Source: Candidatus Firestoneibacteriota bacterium (lineage in GTDB: Bacteria > Oederibacteriota > D2-FULL-39-29 > CAIOVX01). From it: a stretch of DNA of 64,000 nt. Each line of letters opens with the position of its first letter. The first letter of the stretch is position 1. The translations under genes were made by a program, and so were the position numbers. The stretch is taken from assembly GCA_903861835.1 (NCBI GenBank), contig CAIOVX010000011.1:66122-130121 (forward strand). The letters are read 5' to 3'. The notes beneath the pieces are model-generated. The model saw only the letters and a program-made list of their open reading frames with translations. It was not told where the DNA came from and ran no database searches. Of the stretch, positions 45,521 to 55,130 are shown piece by piece.

Positions 45521-48093
45521 TAATTTCCTTTTCGTACCTTTTCTATATTAAGCCGGGCGTTAGTGTAACTTGGTGACACCTTTAGGGCTTTTTCCCAGGC
45601 GGCAATAGCCTTTACATTATCGCCAAGTATACCATAAGAGATGCCCAGATTGTTCCAGTCATCTGCGCTATTGGGGCGCAGCTTGGCTATATTAAGATAG
45701 CATTCCGGAGCTTTGTCGGCGTGCCCTGACTCTGTATAGGATATCGCGAGGCTTGTCCAGGCCTGAACCATTGCAGGATTTATGTTGAGTGCCTTAAGGT
45801 ATGCATTAATAGCGTTTTGATAATCCTTCTGTCCATAATAAACAAATCCCATTCCATAGTAGCTCTCTGCAATGTTAGGGTTCACGGTAAGAGACCTGTT
45901 GAAGGCGCTTAGAGCTTCTGAGGGCTTCTTCAGCTGCGCTAAGGCCACGCCGAGGTTTGTGAGCATCTCGGCGGAGCCGGGTTCAAGTTTTAGTCCGAGC
46001 TCGTAATTTATGACGGCGTTTTCAGGATCACTCTTATCAAGATATACATTGCCTATCATAAAATACATTTTAGAACTGTAGGGATTTACTGATAGAGCCT
46101 GCCGGTAGGCGTGGAGCGCTCCTTCAGGGACATTTGCTTGCCGGTATACGGCGCCCAGGTTGTAAAGATAGGCGTCCTTCCCTGAAATTGATATGGCTTT
46201 TGTGTAATACTCTATCGCTTTCTGAAAAAGGCCCTTCTTGTAGTTTATAATGCCAAGGTTGTTGTAGCCGTCGGCGAATCTGGGATTTATCTGAACCGCT
46301 TTTTGCGCGTATTTTTCGGCGTCCTCAAGCATGCCCTTGTTTATATAAGAGATGGCGATATCGTTCTGTATCATATCCATATCAAAGCCTGCTTCAAGCG
46401 CTTGTTTGTAAAGCCCTTCCGCTTCTTCATTGCCGCCTGTCTCAAAGGCGGCCTCGGCGAGGTTAAAATAAAAGAGCGCTATAACTTCCCGGGAAAGAAA
46501 ATCTTTGTAAAATGAAGGGTCTGAGTAAGACTCAATGTGATAGCGGTTCCGGTCGAAAATGCCGGGCTTGCGCCTGCCGTCTTTCATAATCTCGAAGATC
46601 ATACCGTAGGACCTGACTGTAAGGTTGGGCAGAGAGTGTACAGAGGTGCCGGATACGCAATAAATATGACCCTTGAAAGAGTTTATCGTATTCCATTCCA
46701 CTTCATTTATCCGCTTCGTATAGGTGCCAAAGTCGGTCTGGCCGCGAATTTCCTCGCCGTAAATATTTTCAAATACATTGCCGGTCTCATCATATACCGT
46801 GAGATCAGGTCTGAGTTTTTCTACCTTTTTCAAATAGCAGGTAATAAATGTGGAGTTGTCGCCGGCTACAAACAGGAGGGAATTTTTCTCCGGAGTCCTT
46901 AAGACATTCTTACCGTACACGAGAGCGCAATCATTTCTGCTTTTGTCGGCCCGGTAGTAGTTTGAAGCCAGCGGGAAAAGCGCGCAGACGGCTGAGACTA
47001 ACAGGAGGTATACGCCGGCTCGCGGGTACATTTCCTTCAGAAAGAAGAATCCTGCAACTCCAAAGATGCAAATCATAAGAAATGAGGGGATAAGGAAAGG
47101 ATCTACAATGTATAAGTCGTGGCTGTTAAGGAGATAATTGGAGAAGTATATAATTCCGGCGCTGGTCATCAGGAATATGGCGGTCGACAGAAAAAAAAGT
47201 TTCTTGTTCTTTTTGAAAAAGTAAAGCGCGCCTAAGGGCGCTAGCAGGGCTGTCAAACTGTTCTGTTTATAGAGCGCCTTAAAGTAACCGAAGGTTTGGT
47301 CTAGCATGTGCGCAAGAGTCCGGTCGTTGGGATCGGGAAGTTTGTACTGCTGTCTGGTAACGTGTCTCCAGAAGTTATCGAAAGTCGAAGGGTTGCCCCA
47401 GTTGATAGCCGGTCCGGCAGAGGCCCGTAAGGGCAGGTAAAGATAAATAAGCGCGGCCGTTAAGATTGAGAAAAACATAAAGCTCAAAGAGTATTTTATG
47501 GCCCGGCTTAAGCCGTGTTTATAAGAGTTGAGGAAAACAAAGAGTACAAAGACCGCTGTGAGCGGAACCATGGTGTTATGGTTCGCAAGACCTAAACCGA
47601 AGAACACGCCCGCCTGCAGAATATCCTTGTCGTTTTTAGAGAAACCAATTTTATAAATTATTAGGATGAGCAGCAGCGCGTTAAGTTCGTACAGGCCGCC
47701 CTTGGCCATAAGAGCCTGGTTCCAGAAAGTGAAGGAGAATACCGCCGAGAAAACCCCGGCAAGCGCCATTAGGTTGTCTGAAAAGGACCTGACTTTGACG
47801 CTCTTCTTCAAAAGAACAAAGAGGAAGAGCGAGGCTAATGCGGCGAGTGTTCCGGATAGTAAGTTAACTCTTGACGCGATATTTGAGACAGGAATATATG
47901 TGAACAGTTTACCAAGTATTGTAAAGAGTGGGTACCCCGGCGGATGCGGGATGCCGAGGTAATATGAGGCAGTTATCATTTCGCCTGAGTCGCCTACATA
48001 GATTGTGCAGCAGTAGGTGAGAAGGTAGATGATAAAAGGCAGCAAGAACGCAGCAAGCGTGAAATAGCTTGAGTATTTCGAGCGCGTTTCCAT
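45520..48093 (-). CDS. DUF2723 (TMEM260-like) GT-C-fold membrane protein fused to TPR repeats (paralog 3, 857 aa)
   Basis: N-terminal motif YVGDSGEMITASYYLGIPHPPGYPLF, about 11 TM helices, and a C-terminal array of about 9 TPR units. First gene of a three-gene minus-strand operon. Confidence 0.6.
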   Translation of the reverse strand: METRSKYSSYFTLAAFLLPFIIYLLTYCCTIYVGDSGEMITASYYLGIPHPPGYPLFTILGKLFTYIPVSNIASRVNLLSGTLAALASLFLFVLLKKSVKVRSFSDNLMALAGVFSAVFSFTFWNQALMAKGGLYELNALLLILIIYKIGFSKNDKDILQAGVFFGLGLANHNTMVPLTAVFVLFVFLNSYKHGLSRAIKYSLSFMFFSILTAALIYLYLPLRASAGPAINWGNPSTFDNFWRHVTRQQYKLPDPNDRTLAHMLDQTFGYFKALYKQNSLTALLAPLGALYFFKKNKKLFFLSTAIFLMTSAGIIYFSNYLLNSHDLYIVDPFLIPSFLMICIFGVAGFFFLKEMYPRAGVYLLLVSAVCALFPLASNYYRADKSRNDCALVYGKNVLRTPEKNSLLFVAGDNSTFITCYLKKVEKLRPDLTVYDETGNVFENIYGEEIRGQTDFGTYTKRINEVEWNTINSFKGHIYCVSGTSVHSLPNLTVRSYGMIFEIMKDGRRKPGIFDRNRYHIESYSDPSFYKDFLSREVIALFYFNLAEAAFETGGNEEAEGLYKQALEAGFDMDMIQNDIAISYINKGMLEDAEKYAQKAVQINPRFADGYNNLGIINYKKGLFQKAIEYYTKAISISGKDAYLYNLGAVYRQANVPEGALHAYRQALSVNPYSSKMYFMIGNVYLDKSDPENAVINYELGLKLEPGSAEMLTNLGVALAQLKKPSEALSAFNRSLTVNPNIAESYYGMGFVYYGQKDYQNAINAYLKALNINPAMVQAWTSLAISYTESGHADKAPECYLNIAKLRPNSADDWNNLGISYGILGDNVKAIAAWEKALKVSPSYTNARLNIEKVRKGN

Positions 48094-48156
48094 TTAAATA
48101 GAATACAAAATAAGTCTTTATAATACAAGGTAAAACAATGAGAATTCAAAATCATA

Positions 48157-48184
48157 TTGACAGAATCGTGAAAAGTAGTATAAT
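48157..48184 (+). promoter_or_regulatory. Near-consensus sigma70 promoter upstream of the Rrf2 regulator gene
   Basis: TTGACA, a 16-nt spacer, then TATAAT. It is followed by the inverted repeat CACTAC-N16-GTAGTG (48185-48212), a candidate operator. Confidence 0.5.
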
Positions 48185-48220
48185 CACTACTATGATGATA
48201 GACTTGGTAGTGAACGAAAT

Positions 48221-48661
48221 ATGAGAATATCCTTCAAGGGCGATTATGCGCTTAAGACTTTGCTTGATCTTGCGCTAAGGATAGATGCAGGACCGGTCAA
48301 GATATTTGAAATTGCAAAGCGGCAGGATATTCCGCTTAAGTATCTTGAACAGCTGCTTTTGCAATTAAAAGGAGCAGGCTTTGTAAACAGCAAGAGAGGC
48401 CAAGACGGGGGTTACTTTCTTGCGAGGCCTGCCGGGCGAATTACGCTTGGCGAAGTAATAAGGGTAATGGAAGGGTTTACTTCTCCGATTACGTGTGTAA
48501 GCCGGAGCTGTTTCGCCCGCTGCACGGATGAGAATAAGTGCCCTTTTCGAGCGACCTGGGAAAAGGTCAGGGATAGCGTAAACGCTATTGTCGATACTAC
48601 GACGATAGCAGATATAGCGCAAAAGGCCGTGAAAGGTGTTGAGGAAGACTATAACATCTGA
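48221..48661 (+). CDS. Rrf2-family transcriptional regulator
   Basis: N-terminal wHTH (GDYALKTLLDLAL...IPLKYLEQLLLQLKGAGFVNSKRGQDGGYFLARP) and a C-terminal Cys cluster (CVSRSCFARC...C) typical of IscR/NsrR-like Rrf2 proteins. Confidence 0.75.
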   Translation: MRISFKGDYALKTLLDLALRIDAGPVKIFEIAKRQDIPLKYLEQLLLQLKGAGFVNSKRGQDGGYFLARPAGRITLGEVIRVMEGFTSPITCVSRSCFARCTDENKCPFRATWEKVRDSVNAIVDTTTIADIAQKAVKGVEEDYNI

Positions 48662-48925
48662 TGGTTGGAAGGTTAGAGGCTCAGAGGTGTAGATGCGCAG
48701 TAAGTCGGAGGTAAGAAGATCGGATGCGTAAAATCGGTAGACGGTGGACAGAGGACCGAAGGCGGAGGACGGAAGGCAGAAGACAGAAGACAGAAGACAG
48801 AGGACAGAGGACAGTAGACGGGAGGCAGAGGACTGCTGGATGTTTGGATGATTGGAAGGTTGGATGCTCAAAGGCTTTCAGGGTTTGATGCGGGCTGAGG
48901 GTCGAGCTAAAGCGGAGGCTGGATA
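48662..48925. repeat. Purine-strand (GA-rich) tract with tandem heptamers GAAGACA/GAGGACA
   Basis: About 250 nt with almost no pyrimidines on the plus strand. Heptamers are GAAGACA x3, GAGGACA x2 and related GGAGGAC/GGAAGGC units. Overlapping minus-strand ORFs give low-complexity Ser/Leu/Cys translations. Confidence 0.7.
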
Positions 48926-48928
48926 AAG

Positions 48929-50101
48929 ATGAATGATGACAAAAGAGAGCCCATAAAAGAGAGCCCGAACGGAATAGTGGAAACCAGGTACTATGACTTC
49001 GACTCATTGACGCTTGAGAGCGGCGAAATGCTTTCTCCGGTCAAACTTGCCTATGAAACTTACGGCAGTCTGAATGAGGCAAAAGATAATGCCATACTGC
49101 TGTGCCACGCTTTAAGCGGCGACGCGCATGCGGCAGGATATCATACCGGAGATAAAAAACCCGGTTGGTGGGAGTTTATTATCGGTCCGGGAAGAGCTTT
49201 TGACACGAATAAATACTTTGTCGTCTGTTCAAATGTTATCGGCAGCTGTAACGGTTCCACTGGGCCGGCTTCAATAAATCCAAAGACAGGCAAGAAATAT
49301 GGCATGGATTTTCCGGCAGTATCGATAAGAGATATGGTCAATGCTCAGGCAAAGTTAATGGATTATCTGGGGATTGATAGGTTATTCTCGGTAGCCGGCG
49401 GGTCAATGGGCGGTATGCAGGTGCTGGAATGGGCCTATTCTTACCCTGAGCGCGTGAAGACAGCAATTCCCATAGCTACCACTTTCAGGCACTCCGCCCA
49501 GCAAATAGCATTTAATGTTCTTGGAAGAATAGCGATACAGGACGACCCTGCGTGGAAAAAAGGCGAATACAGCGAAAGTGAAGCTGCGCTTTTGCGCCCG
49601 ATTGGGGCTCTGCAGCCTGCCTCCGGTCTTGGTTTGGCGAGAATGATAGGGCACATTACCTATATGAGCGACGAGGCTATGGAGAGAAAGTTCGGCCGGG
49701 AAGTCAGGAAATTAGACAGCTCCGGTAAACCGATTGACTCTGTATTTGAAGTTGAAAGCTTTCTGCGCCATCAGGGCGTTACTTTTGTGAAGCGTTTTGA
49801 CGCCAATACCTATATCTACATTACGAAAGCTCTGGATAACTTCAACCTCGGGAGCAACCAGGAACTTACCGAACATTTTACAGGCTCGAGGACAAAGTTT
49901 CTGGTTATTTCTTATTCGCATGACTGGATTTATCCCGCGAAGCAGTCAAAAGAAATAGTCAAGGTTCTGAAATACAGCTGGGCAGATGTGACCTATTGCG
50001 AAATATTGCAGGATTACGGCCACGATGCCTTTCTGATTGAACATGCTGAACAGGGCGTTCTTGTGAGCAACTTTCTCGAGAACGTAAGGAAGGGTGAATA
50101 G
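48929..50101 (+). CDS. metX: Homoserine O-acetyltransferase
   Basis: Alpha/beta-hydrolase MetX motifs: ILLCHALSGDAHAAGYH, the GGSMGGMQ nucleophile elbow, and C-terminal HDAFL. Confidence 0.9.
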   Translation: MNDDKREPIKESPNGIVETRYYDFDSLTLESGEMLSPVKLAYETYGSLNEAKDNAILLCHALSGDAHAAGYHTGDKKPGWWEFIIGPGRAFDTNKYFVVCSNVIGSCNGSTGPASINPKTGKKYGMDFPAVSIRDMVNAQAKLMDYLGIDRLFSVAGGSMGGMQVLEWAYSYPERVKTAIPIATTFRHSAQQIAFNVLGRIAIQDDPAWKKGEYSESEAALLRPIGALQPASGLGLARMIGHITYMSDEAMERKFGREVRKLDSSGKPIDSVFEVESFLRHQGVTFVKRFDANTYIYITKALDNFNLGSNQELTEHFTGSRTKFLVISYSHDWIYPAKQSKEIVKVLKYSWADVTYCEILQDYGHDAFLIEHAEQGVLVSNFLENVRKGE

Positions 50102-50680
50102 ATGGAAAGATTTGATTACATAATAATAGCTGATATGGTCAAGAATGGTTCTAAAGTCCTTGATCTCGGGTCGGGAGATGGCAGACTACTCCGCCACCTT
50201 ATGGATTACAATGAAGTAAAAGGAGTCGGCATTGAGTCTGACGAAAAAGTTATTTATGAGAGCGTAAGGAACGGCGTTACGGTCGAGCATGCAGATATTG
50301 ATGAAGCCTTGAAGGATTTCTCTAAAGGCTTCTTTGATTACGTCATAATTAACTTCACGCTCCAGGAAACGAGGCATCCGAACCTGGTGATTCGCGAAGC
50401 GTTGCGTGTCGGGAAGAAAGTCATAGTCTCATTTCCTAATTTCGCCTATTACAAGGTCAGGTTTTCACTTGGAATACTGGGCAAAACTCCCAGGACCGCC
50501 GCGCTGCCTTACAGGTGGGATGAATCGCCCAACCTGCACTACTTTACGATAAAAGATTTTGAGATCTTCTGTAAAGAGGAAAAGAAGGTGATTGAGAGGT
50601 TTGTAGGTTTTACGGGTCACAGCCGGATACCCTTTTGCCAGAACCTTCTTGCCGAAAAAGCGGTTTTTATGATAGCATAG
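50102..50680 (+). CDS. metW: Methionine biosynthesis protein MetW
   Basis: Methyltransferase-like LDLGSGDGRLL motif. Its start overlaps the metX stop (TAGATG), the classic metXW pairing. Confidence 0.8.
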   Translation: MERFDYIIIADMVKNGSKVLDLGSGDGRLLRHLMDYNEVKGVGIESDEKVIYESVRNGVTVEHADIDEALKDFSKGFFDYVIINFTLQETRHPNLVIREALRVGKKVIVSFPNFAYYKVRFSLGILGKTPRTAALPYRWDESPNLHYFTIKDFEIFCKEEKKVIERFVGFTGHSRIPFCQNLLAEKAVFMIA

Positions 50681-50684
50681 ACCT

Positions 50685-50963
50685 ATGAGGATAAAAGTAT
50701 TAATTCCGGCGTATTTCCGTCACTTAACGGCCGAAAAAGCAGAGATACTCTGCGCTGTGCCTACCGCAAAAGCCAACCTGAAGCATTTATTCGACGAATT
50801 AGAGAAGCTGCACCCGGGACTTAAGTCTGCTGTATTTGGCAGCGACGGCAGGCCGAAAAGATTCTCGGGGCTGCTGATCAATTCAAGACCCTATCAAAAT
50901 ATTTATGCCGAACTTGTTGATAACGATATTGTTGAAGTTACTTCGGTTGTGGTCCAGGAATAA
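50685..50963 (+). CDS. Hypothetical small protein, possibly a beta-grasp/MoaD-ThiS-like fold (no C-terminal GG)
   Basis: 92-aa ORF immediately after metW. Assignment is weak. Confidence 0.3.
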   Translation: MRIKVLIPAYFRHLTAEKAEILCAVPTAKANLKHLFDELEKLHPGLKSAVFGSDGRPKRFSGLLINSRPYQNIYAELVDNDIVEVTSVVVQE

Positions 50964-50993
50964 ATAATGCCGGAAAGTATTCAGGGAGCCTAA

Positions 50994-51671
50994 ATGAAAC
51001 CCGTGATAGAACTGAGGAATATAACCAAGATTTATCTGACAGGCAACGTTGAATTTGCGGCGCTCAAATCCGTGAATTTAACGGTGCAGGAAGGGGATTT
51101 CACGGCCATTATGGGCCACTCAGGGTCAGGAAAATCGACCTGCATGAATATAATAGGCTGCCTTGACCGGCCTACTTCCGGCGAATATTTATTCGGCGGC
51201 GAGAACGTAAGCAAGCTATCCGATTCACAGCTCGCAGAAGTGAGAAATAAAAAGATTGGTTTTGTTTTCCAGTCCTTTAATTTGCTGGCAAGAACGTCGG
51301 CGGTCCAGAATGTGGAACTGCCGCTGGTCTATTCGGGAGCAAAGAACAGAAGACAGAAGGCCGAGAGCGCGCTCATCAGCGTCGGGCTCGCAGAGAAATT
51401 TGCCAACAAACCGAACGAACTTTCCGGCGGGCAGCAACAGAGAGTTGCAATAGCCCGCGCGCTTGTGAATGATCCGCCTGTAATTCTTGCGGATGAGCCG
51501 ACAGGGAATCTTGATTCGAAATCAGGTGAAGAGATAATGAAGATATTTAAAGCGTTAAATGAAAAAGGTAAGACAATAGTGTTGATTACTCACGAACCGG
51601 ATATCGCGGCTTTTGCCAAAAAACGCGTTTATTTTAAGGATGGGGAAATAATAAAGACAGAGGGGGAATGA
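50994..51671 (+). CDS. ABC transporter ATP-binding protein (LolD/MacB-ATPase type)
   Basis: Walker [10 protein letters not shown], signature [15 protein letters not shown], Walker [12 protein letters not shown]. Confidence 0.85.
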   Translation: MKPVIELRNITKIYLTGNVEFAALKSVNLTVQEGDFTAIMGHSGSGKSTCMNIIGCLDRPTSGEYLFGGENVSKLSDSQLAEVRNKKIGFVFQSFNLLARTSAVQNVELPLVYSGAKNRRQKAESALISVGLAEKFANKPNELSGGQQQRVAIARALVNDPPVILADEPTGNLDSKSGEEIMKIFKALNEKGKTIVLITHEPDIAAFAKKRVYFKDGEIIKTEGE

Positions 51672-52972
51672 TGAAACTCGCTAAACTGCTTGCGGCGCTT
51701 GCGCTCTGCTCGGTATCTTTAGCCGCAGGGTTGAGTCTTGAAGAATGCGTGCAGTCTGCTGTAGAAAACAATAATGATATTAAGGCGCTAAAAAGCGCTT
51801 TTGAAGCCAGCGCGGCCAGGACCAACCAGGTCCGTGCCGCTTACTTTCCGCAATTGAACGGTTCCGTTGGTTTCAATCGAACCGTAACCCCGCTGGCAAC
51901 GAGTTTTGGTTCACTGCTTTCAAGTATTCCCGGTATCGGCAGCACTTCGGATGTAATTACCTATTCTGCCGGCGTTTCTGCTCAAATGATTATTTATGAT
52001 TTTGGCAGGACCGGGGCGGCCGAGAAGCAGGCATATGCCGGAGAGCAATCAGCGCTGCTTCGCTATGAGCAGAAAAAACAGGAAATTGCTTACGCCGTAA
52101 AAAAGGCCTACTACGGGGTTCTGCAGTCCGTGGAACTTCTGAAACTTTCTGAAGTGACAAAAAAAGAGATGAAAAGTTTATACGATTCAGTCAGGGAGAG
52201 GCAGGGACAGGGTATGGCAACGCCGGTTGATGCCTTAAACGCCGAATCCGAGTACGTGAAATATTCAGCCGAAACCTCCAAGGCAAAGCGCGGAGCGGAG
52301 CTGGCAGCGGATTCGCTCGCAGTCCTGCTTGGTAAGAAAGCGGGTGAGAACGTTCGCCTTGCTGAGGAAGCTCTCCCGGCCGTCGAAAGCTCGCCGCTTG
52401 GCATAAAGAACCTGGATAAATGTTTTGAGTATGCTCGAAATAACCGGTTAGACTTTCAGGTATCGGCGCTTTTAATCGCTTCTGCAGACGCATCTGTCTC
52501 AGGCGCTTGTTCCGACTGGTTGCCTTCGCTCTCAGGCACCGCAAGGTATGACCTTTCAGGCCAACAGCTTCCTCTTGATCAGGGCGGATATTCTTACGGG
52601 ATAAATCTAAATCTACCGCTTTTCTCCGGTTTTTCCAGCAGCGCAAAGCTGGCTGCAGCCGAGGCTGATAAGAAGAACGCCGAATCCTCCGCTGCGGCGC
52701 TGCGGGAGTCGCTCTTGCTTCAGGTGAAGACAAATTACTACGGTGTTCTGGATAAAGGCGAAGATGCCTACACGGCAGGCAAAAAAGAAGAGTATCTTGT
52801 GCGCAATTATGAGGGTATGAAAGCGAAGTATGACGCCGGGCTAGCGAGCATAACTGACCTCATAGACGCCGAATCAAAAAAGGCGGCAGGCGTTACGGAC
52901 AGCCGGCAGTCGCTCTTTAATTACAGGATGCAGTTGAATGAACTTGAATACTCTATCGGAGGGGTAAAGTAA
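51668..52972 (+). CDS. TolC-family outer membrane efflux protein
   Basis: Signal peptide. Two tandem ~200-aa repeats with TolC-like coiled-coil/beta-barrel periodicity. 434 aa. Confidence 0.75.
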   Translation: MMKLAKLLAALALCSVSLAAGLSLEECVQSAVENNNDIKALKSAFEASAARTNQVRAAYFPQLNGSVGFNRTVTPLATSFGSLLSSIPGIGSTSDVITYSAGVSAQMIIYDFGRTGAAEKQAYAGEQSALLRYEQKKQEIAYAVKKAYYGVLQSVELLKLSEVTKKEMKSLYDSVRERQGQGMATPVDALNAESEYVKYSAETSKAKRGAELAADSLAVLLGKKAGENVRLAEEALPAVESSPLGIKNLDKCFEYARNNRLDFQVSALLIASADASVSGACSDWLPSLSGTARYDLSGQQLPLDQGGYSYGINLNLPLFSGFSSSAKLAAAEADKKNAESSAAALRESLLLQVKTNYYGVLDKGEDAYTAGKKEEYLVRNYEGMKAKYDAGLASITDLIDAESKKAAGVTDSRQSLFNYRMQLNELEYSIGGVK

Positions 52973-53919
52973 TGAAGAAACCTGTTATTGCGGGACTTGC
53001 GGTTGTCGCTTTAGGCGTTATTTTTTTCACGCTGGGCTGTGTCGGAAACGGCGGGCAGGAAGTAAACACCGTGAAAGCGGTAAGAGGTAACCTGACCGTC
53101 AAAGTCCAGTCGACCGGAACAGTGAGATCAAATAATGAAGCAAAATTGACAACCGTTTCTTCGGGGAGGGTAAGCGATATCTTTGTTGCTGAGAATGAGC
53201 CGGTTGCGAAAGATAAAGTCCTGTTGAAACTTGATTCAACGGCCCAGGCCGAAAAGGATTATAAAAGAGCGGCAGCGCTTGCCTCGAAAGGCTTTATGCC
53301 TTCCCAGTCGGCCGAGCAGGCTAAAGAACTGTGGAAGAACACCTATATAGCGGCTCCATTTAGCGGCACGATTGTTAAGAAATTTGTCGAAGTCGGTGAA
53401 ACCATTTACGGCGGCAACCAGGCCTTCTTGCTTGCCGATTTAAATGAAATGACTGTCGAGAGCAACATTGATGAATCTGACATAGGCCAGGTCAGCGCCG
53501 GTCAGGACGCCGAGGTAGTACTGGACGCGTACAAAGACACAAAACTTCACGGCAAAGTAACCTTTATTGCAAGGAGCAGTCTTGAGGTGAAGGAGAAGGG
53601 TATAACCTACCTGGTCAAGATAAAGCTCGATCCTTCGGAAAAAACGTTAAGGCTCGGAATGACAGGCGATGTTTATATTAATGCGGCCACCAAGCCGGCG
53701 GTAATAATACTTCCGTATACAGCTATAGGCGACGATAAGGACGGCAGGTATGTGCTGGCTGTTGAAAAGGACAAGGCTGTCAGGAAAACAGTTCAAACGG
53801 GCCTGGAAAGTTACGACAGCACGGAGATAGTCTCCGGGATTAAAGAAGGGGAGACAGTGATAGAGAATAATCTTTCAAAGGTCAAAGCCGGAGCGAAAGT
53901 AAGGGCCGCAAAAAAATGA
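52972..53919 (+). CDS. Periplasmic adaptor subunit (HlyD/MacA family)
   Basis: N-terminal membrane anchor, a biotinyl/lipoyl-like beta-hairpin (GTV...KVLLKLD) and a C-terminal beta-barrel domain. Confidence 0.75.
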   Translation: MKKPVIAGLAVVALGVIFFTLGCVGNGGQEVNTVKAVRGNLTVKVQSTGTVRSNNEAKLTTVSSGRVSDIFVAENEPVAKDKVLLKLDSTAQAEKDYKRAAALASKGFMPSQSAEQAKELWKNTYIAAPFSGTIVKKFVEVGETIYGGNQAFLLADLNEMTVESNIDESDIGQVSAGQDAEVVLDAYKDTKLHGKVTFIARSSLEVKEKGITYLVKIKLDPSEKTLRLGMTGDVYINAATKPAVIILPYTAIGDDKDGRYVLAVEKDKAVRKTVQTGLESYDSTEIVSGIKEGETVIENNLSKVKAGAKVRAAKK

Positions 53920-55130
53920 ACCTAAAGGAAAGCCTCTTCATATCCTACAAAAACATCTCTTCCAACAAAGTAAGATCAATACTCACAATGCTCGGAATAA
54001 TTATCGGTGTTATGTCCATAGTCCTGCTCATTTCCGTCATCGCGGGTACCCAGGATAAAATAGAAGGCGAGATCAGGTCAATGGGCTCAAATGTGCTTAT
54101 GTGCATTCCCGGGAATTCCGAAGAGATGCACGGGCCGCCCGGCACCATGACTGTCAATAAATTCAAACTTAAGTTCGTTGACCTCATCGAGACAAAGAGC
54201 AGCTTCGGGGTTAAAGCCACTCCGGTAGCGATAAATGTCGGGAGTATCGTAAAATACAAGAGCAAAAGCAAGAATGACGTTATGCTTGCCGGGACCTACT
54301 CAAACTTTCCTTATGTGCGTAACTGGAACGTGGCAACGGGCAACTATTTCAGGGATGAAGATGTAAGGTCGGCCCGCAAGGTCTGCGTAATCGGCGAGAC
54401 GGTGGTTAAGGACCTTTACGGAGGGAATGACCCTATAGGCAAAGAAATAATGCTGGCGGGCAACAGGTTTACGGTCATCGGGGTAACAGAAAAAAAAGGA
54501 CGTACTATGGGACAGGACAGCGACAATCTTGCCGCCATGCCTATAACCACGCTGCATGAACTTCTCGGCACGCAGCAAATCAATCAGATACTTGTTAAAG
54601 TCCCGGATCCCGGCAATGTTACGAAGGCCTTCGGCGAAATAAAAAAAGTTATGCTCACCCAACTGGATAAGCAGGATTTCACGTTGAGAAGTTCCAGCGA
54701 ACTGCTTAATACTTTCATGATATTTACAAATATTCTGAGCGTGGTAATGGGCTGTGTCGCGGGTATTGCGCTTTTTGTGGGCGGCATTGGCATAATGAAT
54801 ATCATGCTGGTAACCGTGAAGGAGCGCACGCGGGAAATCGGTATTCGCAAGGCGGTTGGAGCCAGATACAGCGATATCCTGATTCAGTTCATCAGCGAGG
54901 CCGTGATTCTTTCGGTCAGCGGCGGGGTTATCGGCATCCTAATTTCGATTGGGCTAATCTCCGGGGTGATGGCAGTGCTCGGGGACAAGATGCCGATGCC
55001 GTTAAAAGCCAATACAACATCTATCATAGTCGCGTTCCTTTTCTCGACGGCAGTCGGAGTCTTCTTCGGCACCTATCCGGCCGTTAAGGCGGCGAAGACG
55101 GATCCGATAGTGGCTCTAAGGTATGAATAA
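53916..55130 (+). CDS. ABC transporter permease, FtsX/MacB-type with periplasmic domain (paralog 1)
   Basis: TM1, a ~220-aa periplasmic domain, then the 3-TM FtsX domain with GGIGIMNIMLVTVKERTREIGIRKAVGA. Confidence 0.75.
   Translation: MNLKESLFISYKNISSNKVRSILTMLGIIIGVMSIVLLISVIAGTQDKIEGEIRSMGSNVLMCIPGNSEEMHGPPGTMTVNKFKLKFVDLIETKSSFGVKATPVAINVGSIVKYKSKSKNDVMLAGTYSNFPYVRNWNVATGNYFRDEDVRSARKVCVIGETVVKDLYGGNDPIGKEIMLAGNRFTVIGVTEKKGRTMGQDSDNLAAMPITTLHELLGTQQINQILVKVPDPGNVTKAFGEIKKVMLTQLDKQDFTLRSSSELLNTFMIFTNILSVVMGCVAGIALFVGGIGIMNIMLVTVKERTREIGIRKAVGARYSDILIQFISEAVILSVSGGVIGILISIGLISGVMAVLGDKMPMPLKANTTSIIVAFLFSTAVGVFFGTYPAVKAAKTDPIVALRYE

Noticed and set aside
48365-49007. Two long minus-strand ORFs (168 and 108 aa) across the GA-rich tract
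   Set aside because: Their translations are low-complexity Ser/Leu/Cys/Pro repeats (SSVLCLLSSVFCLPSS...) created by the pyrimidine-rich complement of the heptamer microsatellite. They have no start context and overlap the Rrf2 gene and the metX start.
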